From: an uncultured Acidimicrobiales bacterium
Lineage (GTDB): Bacteria; Actinomycetota; Acidimicrobiia; Acidimicrobiales; RAAP-2
NCBI GenBank assembly: GCA_963758555.1
Contig: CAVWVW010000004.1
Coordinates: forward strand, 19,791 to 83,790
Direction of reading: 5' to 3'
DNA: 64,000 bases
Position 1 is the stretch's first letter, and each line of letters begins with the position of its first letter. Position numbers and translations under genes: made by a program. Shown piece by piece: positions 59,971-64,000 of the stretch. The notes beneath the pieces were generated by a model. That model made no database searches, was not told the origin of the DNA, and saw nothing but the letters and a program-made list of their open reading frames with translations.

Positions 59971-61532
59971 CCACAGTGCCCTACCCCGGTGAAGGCGAGC
60001 TCTACCCAGGCCACCGCGCCCAGGAGACCCCTCAGAAGACCGCTCTGATCAATGCGTCAACGGGAGAGACCCGCACCTACGAGGCCCTCGATGAGCTCGC
60101 CAACAGAATGTCCCACCTCTTGCGAGACAAGGGGCTCGAACCTGGGGACCACGTCTGCCTCTGGTTCGACAACGACATCGACTTCCCAGCCTTCTGGTGG
60201 GGGGCGCACTACGCAGGATTGCACTTCACCCTGGTCAGCGCGCGCTTGACCGCAGGCGAGACGGCCTACATCGTCCACGACTCGGGTTCCACGGTGGTGT
60301 TGCTCGGAGCCCGGCAAGAAGCCGAAGCAGGCGAGGAGCTTCGAGCGCTGGTGGGCACCAGCGTGGTGTGCCTCGCTGACGTCCCTGGCCCTGAGGGTCT
60401 GCGGGCTGCGCTCGCCGGTGTGTCGCCGTCGCCGCTTGAAGCCCGCGTCGAGGGGCTGCCGATGCTCTACTCGTCTGGCACCACCGGATTTCCCAAGGCA
60501 GTCAAGCGTCCACTGACTGGTCAGCCGCTCGGCACGGCGACCACGGCAGCTCGGCTGGCTGGCCTCTTTGGGATGAGCAGCTCCGCTACCTACCTCTCAC
60601 CCGCGCCGCTCTACCACGCTGCCCCCTATGGCTACCTCAGTGCGATCGTGGCCCTCGGGGGCACGGGCGTCATGATGGCTCGCTTCGATGCCGAGGGGTT
60701 CTTGGCGGCCATCGAGCGCTACGGGGTCACCCATGCCCAGGTCGTCCCCACGATGTTCGTCCGTCTCCTCGCCCTCCCCCAAGAGGTTCGAGAGCGCTAC
60801 GACCTGAGCAGCCTCCAAGCGGTCTTCCACGCGGCAGCGCCGTGCCCCGTGCCGGTCAAGCGCCAGATGATGGACTGGCTTGGGCCGATCATCTATGAGT
60901 ACTACTCGGGCACCGAGGGCGTGGGCATGACCTTCTGCACGCCCGAAGACTGGCTGGCTCATCCGGGCACCGTCGGCAAGACGATGTTCTCAGAGCTGCA
61001 CATCGTCGACGAGAACGGTGACGAGCTGCCCGCAGGCCAAGACGGGCTCGTCTACTTCGCGGGGATGGGCACCTTTGAGTACCTCAACGACCCTGAGAAG
61101 ACCAAAGCGTCGCACCACGAGCAAGGCTGGGCGACCTACGGCGACATCGGGCACGTCGACCAAGAGGGCTTCTTGTACCTCACCGATCGGCGCTCCGATC
61201 TCATCTTGGTGGGCGGGGTAAACGTGTATCCCCAAGAAGCCGAGAACCTCCTCATCTCCCATCCGAAGGTTCTCGACGCCGCCGTGTTCGGCATTCCTCA
61301 CCCTGAGTTCGGCGAGGAGGTCAAGGCCGTGGTCCAGGTGGTGCCCGGGATCGAGCCGAGCGAAGCACTTGAGGCGGAACTCCTCGACTTCTGTCACCAG
61401 AGCCTGGCCGGGATCAAGTGCCCACGCTCGATCGACTTCCGAGCCGAGCTGCCCCGCGAGCCAAACGGCAAGCTGCTCAAGCGCCTGCTGCGCGACGAGT
61501 ACAGAGCGACAGCCGAAGGAGCCAGCTCATGA
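59967..61532 (+). CDS. AMP-dependent acyl-CoA synthetase/ligase
   Basis: 521-aa ORF containing LYSSGTTGFPKAV and YGDIGHVDQEGFLYLTDR. Its start forms a GTGA overlap with the kinase stop. Confidence 0.9.
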   Translation: MTTVPYPGEGELYPGHRAQETPQKTALINASTGETRTYEALDELANRMSHLLRDKGLEPGDHVCLWFDNDIDFPAFWWGAHYAGLHFTLVSARLTAGETAYIVHDSGSTVVLLGARQEAEAGEELRALVGTSVVCLADVPGPEGLRAALAGVSPSPLEARVEGLPMLYSSGTTGFPKAVKRPLTGQPLGTATTAARLAGLFGMSSSATYLSPAPLYHAAPYGYLSAIVALGGTGVMMARFDAEGFLAAIERYGVTHAQVVPTMFVRLLALPQEVRERYDLSSLQAVFHAAAPCPVPVKRQMMDWLGPIIYEYYSGTEGVGMTFCTPEDWLAHPGTVGKTMFSELHIVDENGDELPAGQDGLVYFAGMGTFEYLNDPEKTKASHHEQGWATYGDIGHVDQEGFLYLTDRRSDLILVGGVNVYPQEAENLLISHPKVLDAAVFGIPHPEFGEEVKAVVQVVPGIEPSEALEAELLDFCHQSLAGIKCPRSIDFRAELPREPNGKLLKRLLRDEYRATAEGASS

Positions 61533-62326
61533 GCCCACGGGATCTCGAGGGAAAGACAGTGGTCGTCACAGGGGCTGCCTCGGGCATCGGCGCAGCGGTG
61601 GCCGACCTGGCTCGAAGGCAAGGTGGCTCCGTCATCGGCCTCGATCTCGACACCTCGACCGGCTGCCGCGAGCTCGATCTCAGCGACGAGGCCTCCATCG
61701 ACGCGGCTCTAGGGATGCTCCCCGAGACGATCGACGTGCTCTGCAACGTGGCCGGGGTGCCCGGCACACGACCCGATCAGCTCGTCCTCGCGGTGAACCT
61801 CTTAGGCCTCCGCCATCTCACCCTTGGGCTCAGAGAGCGCCTCGTCGGCGGCAGCGTCGTGAACGTGGCGTCGACCGCAGGAAGCCAGTGGCCCTCGATG
61901 CTCGAGGCGATCAACGACCTGCTGGCGACGAGGTCGATGGGCGAGGGTGCAGCGTGGCTGGATGGCCACACCCTCGAGATGGACGCCTACAACTTCTCCA
62001 AGGCGGCCCTGATCGTGTGGACGATGCGCACAGCGTGGGAGTGGCGACACGACGGCCCTCGGCTCAACTGCGTGAGCCCCGGGGCGGTCGACACGCCGAT
62101 CTTGGGCGATTTCCACACGTCGATGGGCCCGATCTTGGGCGCGGTCTCCGCTCTGGTCGGACGAGACGGGCGACCCGAGGACATCGCTCCGGCGGTCTGC
62201 TTCCTCGCCAGCTCGAAGAGCACCTGGATCAACGGCGTGAACCTGGTCACCGACGGAGGGTTCGCCGGTGGCATGGCAAGTGGGGCGGTCGACGTGGCCT
62301 CCCTTTTAGGAGGAGGAGCCTCATGA
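61529..62326 (+). CDS. short-chain dehydrogenase/reductase (SDR)
   Basis: The inner ATG at 61529 (ATGA overlap) gives a 265-aa protein containing VVVTGAASGIGAAV, NVAS and YNFSKAAL. Confidence 0.88.
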   Translation: MSPRDLEGKTVVVTGAASGIGAAVADLARRQGGSVIGLDLDTSTGCRELDLSDEASIDAALGMLPETIDVLCNVAGVPGTRPDQLVLAVNLLGLRHLTLGLRERLVGGSVVNVASTAGSQWPSMLEAINDLLATRSMGEGAAWLDGHTLEMDAYNFSKAALIVWTMRTAWEWRHDGPRLNCVSPGAVDTPILGDFHTSMGPILGAVSALVGRDGRPEDIAPAVCFLASSKSTWINGVNLVTDGGFAGGMASGAVDVASLLGGGAS

Positions 62327-63738
62327 CCGACCAAGCGATGCTCATCGAAGGCAGGCGATGGGATACCGCGTCGAGCTTTGACGTGACCAACCCGGCCACC
62401 GAAGGCCGAGCCGGACAAGCTCCTGACGCGACCAAAGACGACTTGGACGCGGCGATGGCAGCAGCCCAGCGCGCCTTCGCATCGTGGTCGAGCGACGAAG
62501 ACCGGCGCCGCTCGCTGCTGCGTGAGGCGGCCGCCGCGCTCACAGGCGCCGCCGAGCAGCTTGGTGCGATCCTGTGCACCGAGAGCGGTCACCCCTTGGC
62601 CCACGCGGTTATGGAGGTCTATGGAGCGTCGCACTGGTTCTCGTACTACGCCGACCTCGAGGTCCCCGCCGAGACCATCGCGCTCAGCGCCACCACGATC
62701 GCCGAGGTGCGGCGTCGCCCCCTTGGCGTCATCGCCGCGATCACCCCGTGGAACTACCCGCTGGCCCTCGCCTCGTGGAAGCTCGCCCCGGCGCTTCGAG
62801 CCGGCAACACGGTGGTGCTCAAGCCCTCCCCCTTCACTCCCCTCGCCACCTTGGCGATGGGCGAGGTCCTCGCCGCGGTCTTCCCTCCAGGCGTGCTCAA
62901 CGTGCTCTCCGGTGGCGATGAGCTCGGCGCCTGGATGACCGCGCACCCGATCCCTCGGAAGGTCTCGTTCACCGGCTCGGTCGCGGGCGGTCGCTCCGTC
63001 GCCCTCTCTGCCGCAGCGGACCTCAAGCGGGTGACCTTGGAGCTCGGGGGCAACGATGCCGCCATCATCCTTGATGATGCCGATCTCGAGGAGGTGGCCG
63101 ACGGGGTCTTCAAGGGGGCCTTCGCCAACTCTGGCCAGGTCTGCTCGGCGATCAAGCGCGTCTACGCACCGAGAGACCGCTACGACGAGCTCGTCGAAGC
63201 CTTGGCCGCTCGAGCGAAGGCCGCTGTCATGGGTGATCCACTCGATGAGGGCACCGAGCTTGGACCCTTGAGCACCAAGCCGCAATACGACAGGGTGCTC
63301 GGACTCCTGGGCGACGCCCTCGACCGCGGCGCGGTGGCGGCCTCGGGTGGAGCGGCGAGGAGCGGCGCGGGGTACTTCATCGAGCCGACCATCCTGCGAG
63401 ACCTGAGCGAGGGCACGGCGCTGGTGGACGAAGAGCAGTTCGGCCCGGTGCTACCTGTGCTGGCCTACGACCGCGTCGAGGACGCCGTGGCCAGGGCCAA
63501 CGACACGATGTTCGGCCTTGGCGGCTCGGTGTGGTCGGGCGATCCTGAGCGCGCCGCCGAGGTGGCCGGACGACTCGAGTGTGGCACCGCTTGGGTCAAC
63601 ACCCACCTGGCGCTGTCTCCCCTGCAGCCCTTCGGAGGCTTCAAGTGGAGCGGGATCGGTGTCGAGAACGGACCGTGGGGCTTGGCCAGCTTCAGCGAGA
63701 TCCAGATCCTGCACCGACCTGTCAGCGAAGCCGGATGA
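62323..63738 (+). CDS. NAD(P)-dependent aldehyde dehydrogenase
   Basis: The inner ATG at 62323 (ATGA overlap) gives a 471-aa protein containing ITPWNYPL, the ELGGNDA catalytic Glu and the GQVCSAIKRV catalytic Cys. Confidence 0.92.
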   Translation: MTDQAMLIEGRRWDTASSFDVTNPATEGRAGQAPDATKDDLDAAMAAAQRAFASWSSDEDRRRSLLREAAAALTGAAEQLGAILCTESGHPLAHAVMEVYGASHWFSYYADLEVPAETIALSATTIAEVRRRPLGVIAAITPWNYPLALASWKLAPALRAGNTVVLKPSPFTPLATLAMGEVLAAVFPPGVLNVLSGGDELGAWMTAHPIPRKVSFTGSVAGGRSVALSAAADLKRVTLELGGNDAAIILDDADLEEVADGVFKGAFANSGQVCSAIKRVYAPRDRYDELVEALAARAKAAVMGDPLDEGTELGPLSTKPQYDRVLGLLGDALDRGAVAASGGAARSGAGYFIEPTILRDLSEGTALVDEEQFGPVLPVLAYDRVEDAVARANDTMFGLGGSVWSGDPERAAEVAGRLECGTAWVNTHLALSPLQPFGGFKWSGIGVENGPWGLASFSEIQILHRPVSEAG

Positions 63739-64000
63739 CGGGCGGAACCCCTCGGTTCCTGGCTGGGCTCTCGACGGTGGCACGTCGACTCTCCGAGGAG
63801 ACCGACGACGACGCGACTTTGATGATCCGCCTCTTTTGGGAGCGACTCGTCGGCGAGACCCTAGGCGACGTCGATCGGACGCTCGCGGTCGTCTCGGAGG
63901 ACTTCGTCCTAACCACCACGCAGCCCAACACAGCGCAGAGCACGGCAGACAAGGCCGACCTCGAGCGATCAGCCGAACGCCTGTCGTCCATGGTCGGACA
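63735..64000 (+). CDS. hypothetical protein, possibly NTF2/SnoaL-like (5' part, runs off window end)
   Basis: The ATG at 63735 overlaps the ALDH stop (ATGA). The open frame MTGGTPRFLAGLSTVARRLSEETDDDATLMIRLFWERLVGETLGDVDRTLAVVSEDFVL... has high third-position GC. The fold assignment is weak. Confidence 0.45.
   Translation, partial: MTGGTPRFLAGLSTVARRLSEETDDDATLMIRLFWERLVGETLGDVDRTLAVVSEDFVLTTTQPNTAQSTADKADLERSAERLSSMVG

Noticed and set aside
61369-62322. The ORF-track ALDH ORF is 789 aa, with an N-terminal 318 aa.
   Set aside because: That part is an alternative frame of the acyl-CoA ligase 3' end and the SDR gene, and it is Arg/Pro/Gly-rich. The ALDH starts at 62323 with an ATGA overlap.

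Overview
This GC-rich window looks like Actinomycetota. Supporting signs are an F420-type LLM oxidoreductase, an MptB-like mannosyltransferase, and the tRNA-Thr/tRNA-Met-rpmG-tRNA-Trp-secE-nusG layout. About 70 percent of it is core translation and transcription machinery on the minus strand, in this order: secE-nusG, rplKA, rplJL, rpoBC, rpsL-rpsG-fusA-tuf, then the S10, spc and alpha ribosomal protein operons, then truA, rplM-rpsI, glmM, glmS, acpS, nnr, alr, a family-4 UDG and tsaE. Non-core content falls in three places. First, two envelope genes sit between infA and map (12215-15118). Second, 44.8-53.5 kb holds a mixed block: GNAT, MptB-like GT-C, tRNA-Tyr, yajQ, gtrA, tesB, citrate synthase, a hypothetical gene and rmuC. 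Third, a plus-strand operon of at least nine genes, most with overlapping stop/start codons (53627 to the window end), encodes acyl-CoA dehydrogenase, two acyl-CoA ligases, a P450, an LLM oxidoreductase, an APH-type kinase, an SDR, an aldehyde dehydrogenase and an NTF2-like protein. I found no CRISPR array, mobile element, rRNA or recognisable defence system. The strongest signal is technical: at least 13 single-base frame breaks, mostly in indispensable genes (secY, rpoC, rplB, rplE, rplV, rpsC, adk, glmS, alr). Nearly all behave as 1-nt insertions, which points to assembly or consensus error rather than biology. The candidates of biological interest are modest. They are a 252-nt hairpin-dense spacer between rpsJ and rplC, long poly-acidic extensions on uL22, uS3, uL10 and NusG, a recurrent CTAGCAT promoter-like motif, and a kinase-plus-ACAD catabolic operon resembling the lva pathway. 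All function calls rest on my own recognition of protein motifs and gene order. No searches were run.
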